DNA of 64,000 bases, from NCBI GenBank assembly GCA_964016885.1, contig OZ024742.1, positions 269,948,001-270,012,000 on the forward strand, given 5' to 3'. The DNA is from Eledone cirrhosa. Its lineage: Eukaryota. Under the pieces are notes generated by a model. That model searched no databases. It was not told the DNA's origin and worked only from the letters and a program-made list of their open reading frames with translations. This document shows positions 27,826 to 42,999 of this stretch, in pieces (within the stretch, counting starts at the first letter, position 1; the number at the start of each line of letters is the position of its first letter). Made by a program: the position numbers and the translations under genes.

Positions 27826-28012
27826 TGTTTCTACATTTGGCACAAGGCCAGAAATTACTCGAGAGCATTACTGGTACTTTATTTTATCGACCCCGTAAGG
27901 ATGCAATGCATAGTTAACCTTGGCGGCATTTGAACTCAGATCATAAAGGGCCGCAACTCTATGCTGCAAAGCATGGCGTCCGACCCTCTACCGATACTGC
28001 CAATACACTGCT
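27826..28012 (-). mobile_element. tRNA-derived SINE
   Basis: Homologous to 12399-12588; TSD gtgtgactaataat. Confidence 0.9.
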
Positions 28013-28239
28013 GTGTGACTAATAATACGTACCGAAATGCACCTTTGTATGGGCACTTCTGCTATTTTGCCTTCATTTCTCATGAGTTTCTTTTGTTTTC
28101 CATATTATTTTCATCTCTATTGAATGTACAAAGCGCCCCAAATTATTTCATAGGATTTCGTAGGACTACAGACTTCATAATCTTAAAGGAAATATGGACT
28201 TCCCCAAGCATGAATTATTCTCATTCTCCTTGTGATTCT

Positions 28240-28482
28240 AAATTTCACCAGTTGCAGACTGCGCATCAACATGAGATGTTCTTCTCCACAAAGTTCGCTC
28301 ACCAGCAGCAGCAGCGTTATAAGAGCAAACTCACGTCCACTCCATAAATTGACATTATCAAGCTACCGTTTTGGCGGCCGGCCTCTGCTTTTCTTACCAT
28401 CCAGCCTTCCTTTCAGGCATAATCTACTCACATCACGAGTTGATCTTTTTATATGACCGTCTAGTTTGAGTACTCTTGACTA
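28240..28482 (-). mobile_element. RTE-clade LINE 3' fragment
   Basis: LKLDGHIKR...GRLDGKKSRGRPPKR*LDNV. Confidence 0.6.
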
Positions 28483-30679
28483 AACAATTGATGTAATTGA
28501 GCTAAGTTTGGTAATGTTGAGCAGCTCACTGATAGAGTTTAAATTCAATATATTATTCCCATATAGAGGAGCACCTTTTTTGGTTCCTAGTGTGGGCACA
28601 ATTATCACCGGCTCTCGGTATTGAGAACGAGATGATTCATTTGTTACATATGAAGCTTGTACTGCTCTTGAAACAGCAACTCTTTCAGTTGCTGTTGCTG
28701 TTGTTATTGTCCCTTCTGCCTTCCGCCTTCTCACCTTCATCTATTTTCCATCTTATCTACCGAGATAGCCCCCAAGTGCCCCTAATTGCATCTGCATCAT
28801 ATCTTACCTATCCTTCTTGAAACAACTATGAAACAATGCAACATACAAACAAAACGTTTTACACTTTACACGGGGATTTAACGAAATTAAATCCCGCGTT
28901 AGTTCACTGATCAACGCCAGCACAAATGATATCGAATCATGAAACAAATAACACGAACTTCCTTTGAATGAACCTCGTGTTACCTCTTCTTATCTAGCCA
29001 AGCACTAGAAAATAGGTAGATATGTGTTTTGGAAGGTTCACTCTGTTTTCTTTTTTTCTATTAACTTGTGCTTCATCCAAAGATTTAAATACTATGTTTA
29101 AAAGATCCTTATGTCATATTTCTATGTTTGGAATAATCATCATGGAATACATCATCAAATAATTTTTTAATGAGTATATTAAATTGCTTCCCTGCCTCTT
29201 TCCTTTTTTTTTCGAAGCTGTTTAATTATCAACTTCCAGTTATATGCATTTTGATAAATCCTAAATAATTGTTCACACTCAATAATTGTGCCACATCATT
29301 GCCATATTTCCTTTTCTGCTCTAATTCAGGTTTCCAGTAGCTTGTAATGCTAAGAAAGGTACCGTTTAATACATCTTTTTAATATCCGAAAAATTGGTAT
29401 TTTATTCTTCGCATGGTTGTTTATGACCAAATGTTAACGTGCAAAATAGTGACTATTCTTGCGTTTCTGTGAGCACAGTTTATTCTTTGTTCGAATGTTT
29501 CTGACTTTTTTTTCCAGTGTTTGATAATTATGTTATAATTGGTTTTTGCGATGAGGTAGGCTCATTTATTCCTTTTACTCTTCAGAACTCCGATTGATAC
29601 ATTCTCCCTAGAAAAAAAAAATTGAATACATTTTCCTGGAAACTATCTTTTCTAAAATGCCGAACTAGGATCTATCCAAATATTTTCGGTATATGGCCAT
29701 ACGTTTTGAAAACGCTCCCCCGCCGCAAACAAAGTAGTATATTGTAACAGTTAAACCAAATAAATGACATTTCGTGTAATTCCTTCCTTCTTTTGATTTC
29801 TCTATTCATCTAACTTCATGTGTGCAAGACCTTGTATATGTGTATATTTGTGCGCTTGCAAGTATGAGTTATGTGTCTGCCTGCGCGTGTGCGCAAGTAG
29901 TTGAGATATCATTCACGTGTACTTGCATCCATATAGATTCATGTTGCTTCTATATGATCCTCCACGCGCCCGTATGGCCACATCGTCATGAACCCACTAT
30001 ATTAAGGTCTATCTCGCACAATTAGGCATACCCGCACGCTTTAGCTTAAGCAGCTTACTCTTCCATCTCTACTAATGTTTAATTTAATTACCACTGACTA
30101 TGAACATGTTGACACAAAGATGAAATGTTAGGGATGGGACGACTGTAGTCACATCAGTCACCCGCTGACAATAAAATAATTCTAAAAATCAACTTGGAAA
30201 AATTATTTGTTCAAAAATCCTTTAAGGGTCTGAATAAATGACCAACAACCGCCTGGCCTTCCATAGGATACTTACTTTTACATCTGAACACCATCACAAT
30301 AGCTCCCAATTTCCTGCCTCTGGTTTACCAGCGCTAACATTCATATAGTAAATTATATGCCTGCCAGAATATCAACATCCCATCTATGGCAGGCATACCA
30401 AAATCAAGGACAAAACATTGTTTACATTTGAATACCTGCCTGACAACTTATTCAATAACTGTAATATAAGGACGTTTTGATGCCTTTGAATTGTACACAG
30501 CTCAGACGTATTAAACTGAATATGCGAAAACTCCTTTCTTCTTAATGTTGGTACTTCGTCTGATGTTATAATAATGATATCCACAAGGTGAAGTGCTTAC
30601 GTATGATTACCTCATAGTTGTTCAATTGCTTGTGTCAACCAATACTGATTATTGAAACACACACACATACACATTTATG

Positions 30680-30728
<49 letters not shown>

Positions 30729-31010
30729 ATGTGTATATATATGTGTGTGTGTGTGTGTATGTATATGTATGTGTGTGTGTATGTATGTGTGTATATGTAT
30801 ATATATGTATATAGATCAGAGCAAACAGCACGGACACTCTATCTCAAAATTATTTTTGAAAAGCATTTAGAACTGCGCAACCGGTAAAAACTTAAAAACT
30901 TAAAACCACAACTGAATACTAACCCATACAATCACTAATACTCTTTTATTCCTAATTAAACCATTTTTCAACTGTGAACAATTTGTCAGCATTTTCTATT
31001 CCGTTTACCA

Positions 31011-31102
<92 letters not shown>

Positions 31103-31379
31103 ATGTATATGTATGTGTGTGTGGATGAGGGTATGTGTGTATATATAGGTGTAAGTGCACTAATCCCATTCTATCACTCTCCCCTCTCCTACCGACCACA
31201 GGGAGATATATGTATGTATATTGCTTCCACCCCTCACAGACCAGCAGTTGGCCATCTGGCCATTGCTAAATCTGACCTTTATAAAATAACCCACTCCCCC
31301 AAATAACTCCTCATTCACTACCAGAAAGGCACACAGCAGTCAACTGGCTGCTACCAAGATGAAAACTACTATGAAATCC

Positions 31380-31804
<425 letters not shown>

Positions 31805-31879
31805 ACTTGTAAAGTCGACAGCCATGAAATCTGAGAAAGGTAACTACACAATATTCTGGTTTTCCAGTAAGTCCCTCTC

Positions 31880-32682
31880 CTGGTAATAATAGTACCTTGG
31901 TCCTAATCTTGAGGTTCTATCTGCATGCTGTGAAGAAACAGAGAGGTTACGAGTAAATTTGCTTCCCGGGAAGACTCGTTTCAAGTCTCTCGGTAGAAAG
32001 CAGAATCCCTATCTTCATACCAGTTACATTGATATGGGTCTGGTCTGAGGGATGATATACTGAGACATTCAAATCTCTTGAGGAAGGTTTGTCTTTGAAA
32101 TTTCTTTGTCTTATTTTCTTAGCTGATCTTTCCTGGATCTTTTACATATGAAGAAGTGGTAGCTCAGCTTCTTGTAAGTTTGATTTCTTGTATAGCGCCC
32201 ACAATTTGCCACTCTTGTCATATTTGGGCCGGTGAACCAACTTGTCACTTAGATCTTCTAGACCAAGTTCAGAAGCATGTTTCAGATTTATTGCTTCCTC
32301 ACTTGCTTCAACTCTGCAACCTATGTCATATCGGCGTGATGTCGCCAGTCTTATTAATTCCTATCGTAATTACCAGAGGAGGATGTCTGATAAATATTTT
32401 ACTTTGGGTTGCAGATCACTTTCTTCTATCTCGCCTTACTCGAAACTCACAATGTCTTCAGCCGAACATATGATGGTTCCACAAATAAGGAAGACTTTCT
32501 ACTGCCGTAGTTCTTTTCCTCGAGCGGTCAGACTTTGGAAGTCTCTTTCATCTCATTGGTTTCCTCCTTCTTATGGCCTGTACTCTTTCAAATCTAAAGT
32601 AAATTCATTCCGTTTGTCTTAATTTCTCGTCACTTATGCTAAGCAGTTTCAAGCTTTGTCTGGGATAGTGAATAATAATAAT
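31880..32682 (+). mobile_element. Jockey/CR1-group LINE 3' fragment
   Basis: CHIW..LDQVQK, LQPMSYRRDVASL, RAVRLWKSL..FP..FKSKVN; (AAT)n tail. Confidence 0.75.
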
Positions 32683-33399
32683 GGAAATATGTAAATTGTG
32701 CAAAATATTTTGAACTTAAATTGGTGGCATCCACAGTGGATACAAAGGGCACATTTTATTTTGAACATCCTTTTGATTAACTTCTTTCAACTTCAACGAC
32801 AATTGTAATTTAATCATTTTTTTAAACGTGATACCATATGTCTTACTCGCTGGCAGGTCACATTAATTTATTTGAAACCATTATACGTCTCTCCTCAATC
32901 AGTTCTCATATCAAGTTGTAATTGAATATCTTAATGAGGTTTTGATGAGAGAAGACCTACACACACCACTCACGCACTTATCCACAATATTATGTTTATT
33001 TTTATGGGTGAAAATCAAAGATCTGCTCAACTTTTATTACCGACAAAACAATTTTCAGTTGACACAGATCCGCCCAACAAGTAAGCATAGTTTCTACGCA
33101 CCACTAAAGTGGTGCTTAGATTGTTTTGAAATGTTCCGATCATGCCTGCCATATTCGATGTCTATGCGATCTACTCTGAAACACAATGTTACTACAATGA
33201 AATGGGGAGCACAATCGTATTTGGTAAAACAAACATAATATCTTCTGAAATAACTTCCGAACACGCTGTTCATGGCTGTTCATGAAATATTATTCGGCTT
33301 CCAGAATGTCCATATGTAAATATTATCCAATCGAGAATGATTTGACAACGCGTATTTAATACAGATATATAATGTGAGAATACCTGCCGAATGAAAATT

Positions 33400-35985
33400 A
33401 CTGTGTTTAATAACAATATTGTAGATTGTGCCAGAAGTGGGCCCGAGTGGCGGAGGCGAGGCGTAGCAACACAGCCACAATCGGATCTTTGGCGGACGAC
33501 TACGGGCGCATGGTACTTGATCCCAAGAAGATGTGCGAGGTCTTTTAGCATCACTTCGCTCAAATAATTCGGGAGCGCTGGTGGGAAGGACCGAGTGATG
33601 GATTTCAGAGCCTTCCTTAACGGCCTCACACGGCTCTCGGTGAGGGAGGCGGAGTGTTGCGATAAACCGATAACAGCCGAAGAAATATGGGACACAATGG
33701 CAGGCTGCACGAGGGGAAAATCACATGGATTACGTTATAAAAAATACAAGCTTTACATAAGCATGGCACACTTGATCGATGACATCATAGCGGATGTCGA
33801 CGCCAACTGGCAGCAGAAAGGGAGGATTCCCAGTTCTCTGAGTCGAAGGTTGGTAGCGATGCTGAGAAAGTACCCGAACATGAGGGACCATATAGGCAAT
33901 TCAGGCCCACAACTCAGTAATAGCAACGAGGTTGACGTTTGTCGTTGTTGATCTGGTAGGTGAGGCACAAAATGCAAAATATTCCGGACATGTCCATAAA
34001 TGACAACCTCCACCTCATGCGATACATCATACGTGGCTAAGGAACCTGTCATGGGTGTGGCTCTGATTAACGTAGATCAATCAAAGGCCTTCGGTAGGGT
34101 TGACCATCGCCACCTTGCAGCCGTCCTCAAAGCTGGAGGCTTTGGACCCGTTTTCAAGAGCTGGATCGCTGCAATCTACGGCAACATCTGCTCTGTGGTT
34201 AGACTGAACTGTCACCTTTCAGAACCATTCAATAACATGCGTTCTGTTCCTCAAGGTTGTTCTCTCTCATCCCTTCTCTATATGTATTGATACTTTATAC
34301 ATTACTACACACACTGGAGACGTCGAGAGGCATCCAGTGGAAACTACGATGTGGAAGTTCCATGTAGGCATATGCCGACGCCGCTTCCATAATAGTGTCA
34401 AGCAACAAACACATTGTGATGATCGCCAAAACTCTGGGGTAGTACGAAGCGGTAACAGGAGGAAAAATAAACCAGGAAATGTCGGTGGGTCTGTAGCACG
34501 GAACCTGGAGGGGCAGGTCCAAGAGTTTAGTCGGGCACAGGATAGAATTACTCGGTATTTGGTTTTAACAGGAACCCCAGATGAACAAAAACTGGGACGA
34601 GGTAACTTTCAAGGTGGTTTCTCTCAACAAGAAATGGTTCGAGAGGAGACTATCATTGAAAGGCCGGGCAGAGTTGACCAACACGTACATCGCGTCCGTC
34701 TACTACCACCTGATCGTCGTGCCTTGTTCTAAATTTTCATCTCACTGTACTGGAGAATCTCCTCTTTCAATTTATGTGGAAGGGATGTGCTCCAATAGTC
34801 AGGAGGTGCATCGGCTGTCAAAGTCCCCTCCGTGGAGGGCTGGGCATATCGTCGATAGTAGTGCGCAGACATGCGCTGAGGTTATAACATCTCCATCTCT
34901 TCATTGAAGTGAAAATGTTTGGTCGGTGTTTGCTAGATACGTTTTCCCCCATCTCGTCTCCTTGACGGAGCTGCAGTCTTCGGTCAATCGAAGATCGAGA
35001 GGAAGTGTTAGGAGATTGGAATAACTTCAGACGCTAACAGCCTCAACCAGTTGGGCGCTCTGATCAGTGAAAACTCCACTTTGGTGTTCTATAGAGTGTT
35101 AGTGGAGGGAAAGTGTGACGAGGTCCTTTCGGAGACTCTGGGCGTCGATGAAAATCAACTAGCCAATCTCTTCGGCAGAACCTTCGGGCTACGGCCCAGG
35201 GACAACTTCCAGAAATCCCTCGCAAGGCAATGCTACCGAAGAGATTAGCTAGCTCAGAATGAACTCTAGATACATGGAAGCGCCGTTAATCTGGCCTGTT
35301 TGAGGTGTGCGCATGGTGAGGAGACCATTCTACACGCACTTGTCGTGTGTCCACGTATTGCTGACCTTTGTTTTTTTGTCGAGCACATGCTGTCACGTAT
35401 AGGACGGGTCTGACTATCAACTGTGCCCAATGTGAAGATCGCCCAGCCGCCCTCCTTTAGAGTGGAAAGATAAGCAGTTTGCATCTGACTGGTTTTTATG
35501 GTGAAAGAGATCGTTGGGTGGACGCGTTTGAAAAGGTTGAAGATACCTTCTTCCTCTTTGAGGAAGCAATGATTAACCTTTTCCGATTTCACTTGAAGAG
35601 GCAAATCCTGGGGGAGAAGAAATTGCTGCCTTACAACGTGTTTGTTGAATAAAAGGTAGGTGAGAATGACATGCATGGTCTGTGTGAATGTGTCTGATTT
35701 CAGCATACGCCTGAAGATCTGTAGTTGAAATACTGGGAGTGTGCACTTTGCCCTAGCGGACCTGGTGACCGTGGATTTTGTGGGATTTCTACATGAGTGA
35801 CAATTAGAGACTCTTCAAATTTAGGGACGTTGTGATGTTTGTTTTAAATGTTTATTTTCAGTCTCTCTTATAGATTTTGTTTTACACAAACAAAAACCCA
35901 CATTCTATCGTTCTCTATCTACTTTAATGTGTCCTTAATGTGAGATCTGTGTGGCTAAAAAGAAATAATATTATCATTATTATAG
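33400..35985 (+). mobile_element. Tx1/L1-clade LINE, 5'-truncated and decayed
   Basis: GKSHGL, VDQSKAFGRVDH, VPQGCSLS, AYAD, LSLKGRAE, C-terminal CxxC..H..C; ATT-rich tail. Confidence 0.85.
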
Positions 35986-35994
35986 GATTTACAG

Positions 35995-36106
35995 TATCGG
36001 GGTCGATACAATAAAGTATTATTCATGCAGCCAGGGTCGATTTAATCTACTTTCCACTTCACCAAATTTGCTGCCCTTATGCCTATATAACAAAGCATTA
36101 TTATTA
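35995..36106 (+). mobile_element. Related SINE 3' fragment
   Basis: ggggtcgatacaataaagta core with a longer 3' part and an (ATT)n tail. Confidence 0.6.
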
Positions 36107-36280
36107 TTGGCAGTATCGGTAGAGGATTGGACGCCATGCTTTGACGCATAGAGTTACGGCCCTTGCCATTCTGAGTTCAAATGCTTTCATCCTTACGGGG
36201 TCGATAAAATAAAGTACCAGTAATGTACTGGTTAATTTGCTGGCCTTGTGCCAATAGTAGAAACAATTATTATTATTATT
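36107..36280 (+). mobile_element. tRNA-derived SINE
   Basis: Homologous to 12399-12588; (ATT)n tail. Confidence 0.88.
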
Positions 36281-39200
36281 TTTCTTTGAATCTCAGTCAT
36301 TGATGTTATTTAACTGCAAAGTTTGTTGAAATGAATATCAAGCCACTACCTGCAGCCTCAGATATTCAGGACGTATCGGAGTGTTCTTGCTGTTCCCAGC
36401 AAGCATGCATTTTGAAGTGTTACAAAAAGCGGGGCTGGACTAATCTTCTTTAATCATCCTTGGAAACTATTTGAGATAGTACCTAGTGCGCCTATGACAA
36501 TCGGGACGACGATGACTTCATAGCAGTTCCAAATCCTCACTCTCCTTTTCTTGCATTTCGTGTCAAATGGGCAGGCTACATTACAATCAGGCACGATCTC
36601 TTTTTTCCTTGTCCAAAACCACTAGGTCATACCTATTGTGTTCTAATTACTTGTCCGTCTGTATCCTAAAATCCAATAGCATCTTCACCTGATGGTTTTC
36701 TATCACCTACTCTGGCTTATGATCATACCACTTCTCCGAATATGGTGAATTGTTTACTTTGCTTAGGTGCCAGTGGATCACCCTACCTATCACATCATGT
36801 CTCCAGCCTTTATAGTGAGTCTGGGCTAGGTGTTTACACTCGGATACAATATGAGTCACAGTCTCCTCATCTCTCTGTCCACAGATCCTACACAGTGTGA
36901 TAGCCTCCTCCTTGTAAATATGGTGTTTCACCCACTTCGTTTTTAGGACTTGCTGTTGCGAAGCCATTAGCATTCCTTCTGAAGGCTTTTTAAAGTCTCT
37001 TCTTTTCAACCAGTTCCATGTCTGTGGGTCTCTAAAATCAGTTTTCACAAATAAGTTAATATGAAGGGATTTTTCATGAAGGTTGCTCTTCCTCTTTTTT
37101 GTTATTTCCTCCTTGGACATCCCCTAGTCTATTGTCCTCTCCTTCAGTACACCTCTGAGCATTAGCTCCCTACTATCAGTCACGTATTTGTGTAGGTTGT
37201 TTTTCTCCGTTTGAACACAGTCCTCTATGTTGATAAGACCTCTTCCACCTTCAGATCTCCTTAGGTAGAGTCTATCGACATCACTCCTCTTGTGGAACAT
37301 GTTGTAGATAGTCAATAGCTTCCTAGTCTTCCTATCCATTTCTTTTTGTTCAGCAACATTCCATTTCAGAATTCCCGCACTGTACCTAATAATAGACACA
37401 GCTCTGGAATTTACTGCACTTATGGCATTCCTACTATTTAGATGTGATTTTAATACGCTCCTTATTCTCCGAAATTATTCAGTTCTTATCAATGCCTTCA
37501 CTTTTTTGTTCTTGATGTCATCAGCCTCCAGGGCACCTAAATAGTTGTATCCTTCTTCAGTGCCAATTTCCTTTATCATCTCACCTGTTTTTACCTGGAT
37601 TCCGTTGCTTCTGCTCAATTTACCTCTCTTCATCACAAGGACTCCACACTTACTAATAGCAAATTGCATGCATATATCATTGTGTCAACAACCACATCCA
37701 ACTCCTTCTCACTGTTCCCGAAGAGCTTAAGATCGTCCATGCAGAGGAGGTGATTGATGGTAAGCTCTCCCTTTCCCAACTGGTAACCTGCTCTCACTTT
37801 TCGCAGTATAATGGTCAGGGGCATCAGGGCAAGGACAAACAACAGAGGGGACAGACTATCTGCCTGGAAGATACCTCTCTTGATCTTCACGCCTCACAAG
37901 GATTCTCCAGCCGATGTTAACTCTGTTTTCCAGGACTTCATACTTTTGCCCAACAACTGTCTGATGTTATCTGCCACATTGAAGATATCTCGGCTTTTGG
38001 TGATCCAAGAATGAGGCACCATGTCAAATGACTTTTTGTAGTCTATCCATCCCATGGCAAGACCAGTGTGTCTCCTCTTGCAATTCCTCATTACCATCTT
38101 ATCAATAAGTAACTGGTCCTTTGTACCACGGGACTTCTTTCGGTATGCTTTCTGTTCTTCCCGTAACAAGTTGTTTATGTGGAGGTGATGGTAGATTTCC
38201 TCAGACACAATGTCTGTTAACTGTTTCCACATTACGGACATGTGATAGGTCTATAGTTACCCTTGATTGGGTCTTTCCTTACCAGAACTGTGGTACCTTT
38301 TGTCAACCACTCTGGTACCTCACCTGACATCAAGCAGTGATTGAACTTGGTTTTCAGTTTCGGGTGGAGAGATGTTATATTTTTAATCCAATACCCCTGC
38401 ACACCATCTGGGCCTGGTGATATCCAGTTGGTTAATTTTTTGGCTTGCCCCTTAAGAGTTTCAACTGTGATACTCAAATCAGTTTGTTGGTGTGCCTGTT
38501 CACTAATTTCCTTTTGTACTGTCTCAATCCACACTGTCTGGTCATTATGTTTAACATCCTGCTCCCATATTCCTCTCCAGAATGTCTTAGATTGTTCCAC
38601 CTCAGGGATCAAGTCGTTGCCACTTTCTTTCCCTTCAAGCTGTCCAAACACCATCTTCTGGTTGTTGTCAAACTTGCGGTTCTCTCTATATTGTCTGACT
38701 CTGCTCTCGTATCGCCTAATTTTTGCATTCTTTGCTTCAATGCGTTGCTTCAGTTACTCTATGATAATATTTAGCTTTTCCCTCCTACATTTGTACTTTA
38801 TTTCCAGTCTATTTTTAGTGTCTATGTTTTTTAGTGTTCCATTCAGTAGGGACTCAAGCATTCCAATGTCATTTCTCATTTCCCTGATTTGACCATTCAG
38901 TCGTTTCTTCCACCAAGGTTCTAATCTTTCTTGTTTGTAGTTTCCTCTCGCTTTTATGCCAAATGATTTCCTCACCGCATTTGCTGTTGCTTTGAGGATA
39001 TTGTTGCACTGGTGAAGGCTCCTCGCCAGAAGGTATGGGATGACTTTTTTACCTTAGCTGTTGTTTCTTTTATCTTTTTCCTGTCTACAAATCTTAGATT
39101 CATAGGTTTCCCACTACCATTGTTCATTTCATCATATACCACTAAGTTTAGGATATCAATAAATCTTGTCCTAGCCCGTCAGCATTCATCTCCTCAGTGG

Positions 39201-39810
39201 CCGTATCTTTGTTCCAGGTAATATTTATTTCAGCATTCAGATCATTGTCTGTTCGGATGGTTCCTCCGTTCTCTCAACCTTTTCACCTTCATTTCCCACT
39301 GGCTCATTTGCCTGGCATACTCCACCCTCCATTTCCAACCTAATCTCTCTGTTCAGTTCCTCCATTTCTAGCTCGCTTATCCACCCAATAGTTCTTATTA
39401 CCCGAGCCTGCCCGGTCATTTGTTTTTCATCTAATTTAAATAGACCAATCTCGTTCCAGATGTTATGCATCCGTTCCATATAGCCTTTTTCCTTGGGGTT
39501 ACACTTCAGGTAACATTGCATAACAGTTCTATTCAATTCTTTCATCCAGTTGGTTCTGGTCCCTTTCCTTCTTCCTCTTCCTCCAACACCAGCAGTATGA
39601 CAGCCAATTCCCTGCTGCTGGGCCAGGGAGCACCTGCTGGGTGAGAGTCTGTCACATGACATTCCAGTCTCCACTTCACCGTTATTCGAACTGTTTTGGT
39701 TCGACATTTAAACACTCATATCGAGCATTGGTGAATGTATGGTTACATAACTACCGGTGATTTCATCACCTCCGCTGATTTTAGCGTAGCACCATCACGC
39801 CGTAGACGAA
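36281..39810 (-). mobile_element. Near-full-length decayed R4/Dong-like non-LTR element (RT plus REL endonuclease)
   Basis: ORF remnants 39707 to 36358: SPGPDG, NYRPITC, IDYKKSFD, GIFQADSLSPLLF, CMDDLK, CRIC..ETVTHIVSEC, RHD, VACPFD. Confidence 0.9.
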
Positions 39811-39982
39811 CATAAATAAACAAACAAACAAATAGATAAAAAGCTAAATAAACAAAAATAAACATAAGTTTCATTGTAATGTTTGAAAGTCTGACTTAGT
39901 TCTTCTTTCCTTTTTTTTTCTTTTTTTCTTTGTTTTTCTCATTTGCGTTTTTCGTTTTATTATTTCGTTTATTATTATTTCG

Positions 39983-40033
<51 letters not shown>

Positions 40034-40034
40034 G

Positions 40035-41192
40035 CATTTATCTTTTTTTATGTTCACACGAGTTATCACCAAGTCATAATCAGTGACCTCAATAGACAAC
40101 AAAGTATGCCATGTTCAAGAAAGAACACACACACACACGCGCATCTTTAGGTTTTTAGACTTGTGATGTACTTATATTGACAGCATCTTCCCTTGTATAT
40201 GGACAGTTCCCATTAATACTATCTTTTGAATGTATTCTATACGCGGGTTTCTTGGGTTTTGGGATATGTAATCATTAGATCCCTTAGGTATCATTCCTAG
40301 AGCGCCTACAGCCACTGGTATTGTTTTAGTTCTCAACTTCCACATTTTTCCAATTTCTATCTCCAGGTATTTATACTTGCTCAATATTTCAAATGTTTTT
40401 ATATATACTTTCTTGTCTATTGGAACGCACATATCAATTAGCAGGCATACCCTCTTTATTAAAGTCATATATATGATCAATGGTCTCTGGCTGCTTTTTA
40501 CATACACGACATAATGTGTTGCATCCATTTTTTATTATGTTGGCTTGATAATTGTTTGTTGGCAGACAGTGATCTTATACAGATATAACAGTCCTTCAGT
40601 CTCCGATTTCAGTCCAGAGTATGCCAACCACTGATGGGTTAAAGTTTTGTCAACATCACAATTGATAGCTCTTTCTGGGCGTTTTCCATACATAGGCTCT
40701 TCTTACCATTTCTTAGCCAGTTTCTGTAGCAATTCTTTCTTGCAGATACTTTTTCCTGCTTTGCTTTTTCTGTGTTTTTCATTTCAGCAGTAAATGGAAA
40801 TTCTGAAATTCGTAGTTCATTACTGTATCATTTGCATCTTTTGTAATGGGGTATGATCTGTTCATGCTTTCATGTTTCAAACGAGTTTGATCATCCAATT
40901 ATGTGCATTCCTTAGATATATAGATAATCCAATTGTTACTGCTTTCAAAGCAATATCTAACTGGATTAATCCATGCCCTCCTTCTGTCCTAGGAAGATAT
41001 ATTCTATCTGTATCTGCCTTAGGGTGATGAACTCTGTGCATGGTTAATAATTTTCTAATTTTTGTATCGAGCCTACGGATCTCTGTGCTTGATCAGTTGA
41101 TGACATTGAAACTGTAGGTTATAACTGGTATTGCAAGCGTGTTGATGGCATCGATGTTATTCCATGCATTCAACTCCGTTCTTAAGATTGCT
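40035..41192 (-). mobile_element. R4/Dong-like 3' fragment with (TAA)n tail at 39960-40032
   Basis: INTLAIPVITYSF, LPRTEGGHGL, LIDMCVP..KYKYLEIEI..IPVAVGALG. Confidence 0.85.
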
Positions 41193-41194
41193 CT

Positions 41195-42850
41195 AACTCT
41201 GCGATAACAGTAACTGAAACGGGTAGCAATGACTGACTGCACGAAGGATAAATCGCCTGGTTTGGAAGGTCTGCCTTACGAGCTTTAGGTATACATGCCA
41301 GACACGTTCGGAGTCATCTTGGCGGACGATTACTGCAACTGTCAGCAGATCGGGAGAATTCCCAGCTCTGTGAGCCGAGGAGCGGGTGCGCTGCTGAGAA
41401 AGTACGCTAACAACAGGGACATGATAGATCATTTCAGGCCCATAACTCTGCTAAACTCAGGGTTCAAGATTTTAGCCAAGGTGATAGCAGATAAGTTGCC
41501 GCTTGTCGTCGGCTATCTGGTGTGATAGGCACAGAAATACACCATTCCAGATATATCTATCCACTATAACCTTCACTGCATGTGCTGCATCGTGGAGAGG
41601 GTAGCTAACGAACCTGGCAGGGGAAGAGGCCTTGATTAATTTAGATCATTCGAAAGGTTTCGATAGGGTCGACCATCGTTGTTTGTCGGTAGGCATGACG
41701 ACGGATGTCTCTTCTCGTCCCTGTGGTATGTATTAACTCTCCAATCATTACCGTCAAACTGGAACCGTTGTGTGATGTCGCGCGAAAACTGGCATACGGG
41801 AGAACCGTGCCAGCATACGAATTCGGAGAGGTAACATGAGCAATGTTCAACCTGGAAAAGTTGGTTGACCTGCATGCGTTTTTTGGAAGAGTCGTGCTCC
41901 TATGGTCAGAAGGGCAACAGCCGCTACGTGGAGAACTGGGAATGCGGTGGATAATGGTGCGTAGACATGCGCCGATTCTACATTGTCTCTAAATTGCCTC
42001 GGTGGTGAACACGTGTGGTTTAGCTTTTCTAGACGAGTTTCTCCCCTGTTACTCGCACTTAGGCAGCTGCAGTCCTGGGGTTAGTGAAGACAAAGACAGT
42101 GCACTTAGAGACTGAAATATCTTCGGGCACTCACAGTCCACAGTCAATCGCGTATTGCGACTGGTGGAAATTCCACCTCGGTGTTCTATAGCAAGTTAAT
42201 GGGGGGGGGGGCAATTGCGACGACTTGTTTGGGAGATGCTGGGCGTCTATGTAGATCAATTAGCCAATCTGTTTGGGGGAACGTTTGGACTGGGTCCCAT
42301 GGACAACATCAAGAAATCCCAGTCCTGTCAGTGCTACTGAGGAGATTTGCCAGTTCGGGATTAACTTTATTGAAAGTGCCATTAGCCAGACGTATCCCAG
42401 ATACACACAGGATTACGAAGCTGTCCTGGCGGCATGCGTCTTCTTTCAAGGGCTGAAGACGTGCACTTACCTCTTTGGCGAACGACTGATTAACTATTTT
42501 AAAATTCTATTTGGAGAGGAAAATCAGGCTCCGCGTATGCGCCTTAGACGGGAGGTGGAAAACTGAGAGAGGGTACTTTCCTTGTTCAGAATCACGTTGG
42601 CTTTATTTAGGCCGTTTTCCACGAGTGACTCTCAGAAGTCGCACCCCCCCCCCCCCCACCAACATTGGGAATTTTTCCTTTCATTAATTTTTTGTTACAA
42701 CCTTTGTATTTTATTTTTTCCTTTTTTTACTCGAAGAAACGCCCATGTGTACCGTCCTGTGCTATCCTTAATGTTATGCTTTGTGTCAAGCCTTGTTGGT
42801 AATAAACAAAACATCATAATTATCACTATTATAAATATTATTATTATATA
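41195..42850 (+). mobile_element. Tx1/L1-clade LINE fragment with internal deletions
   Basis: FRPITLLNSGFKILAKVIA, LDHSKGFDRVDH; homologous to 33400-35985. Confidence 0.82.
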
Positions 42851-42999
42851 TTTATTTATATACATAAATATTTATAAAACATCTCACGCAAAATCAAATA
42901 GGCGTATATCCCAATAAAGCAATCTAAAAAAATAACAACTAACAAGCCTCTTTCCTAAGGGATATATTCTTATTTAAGCACCTTAAACCTAGAAGACTT

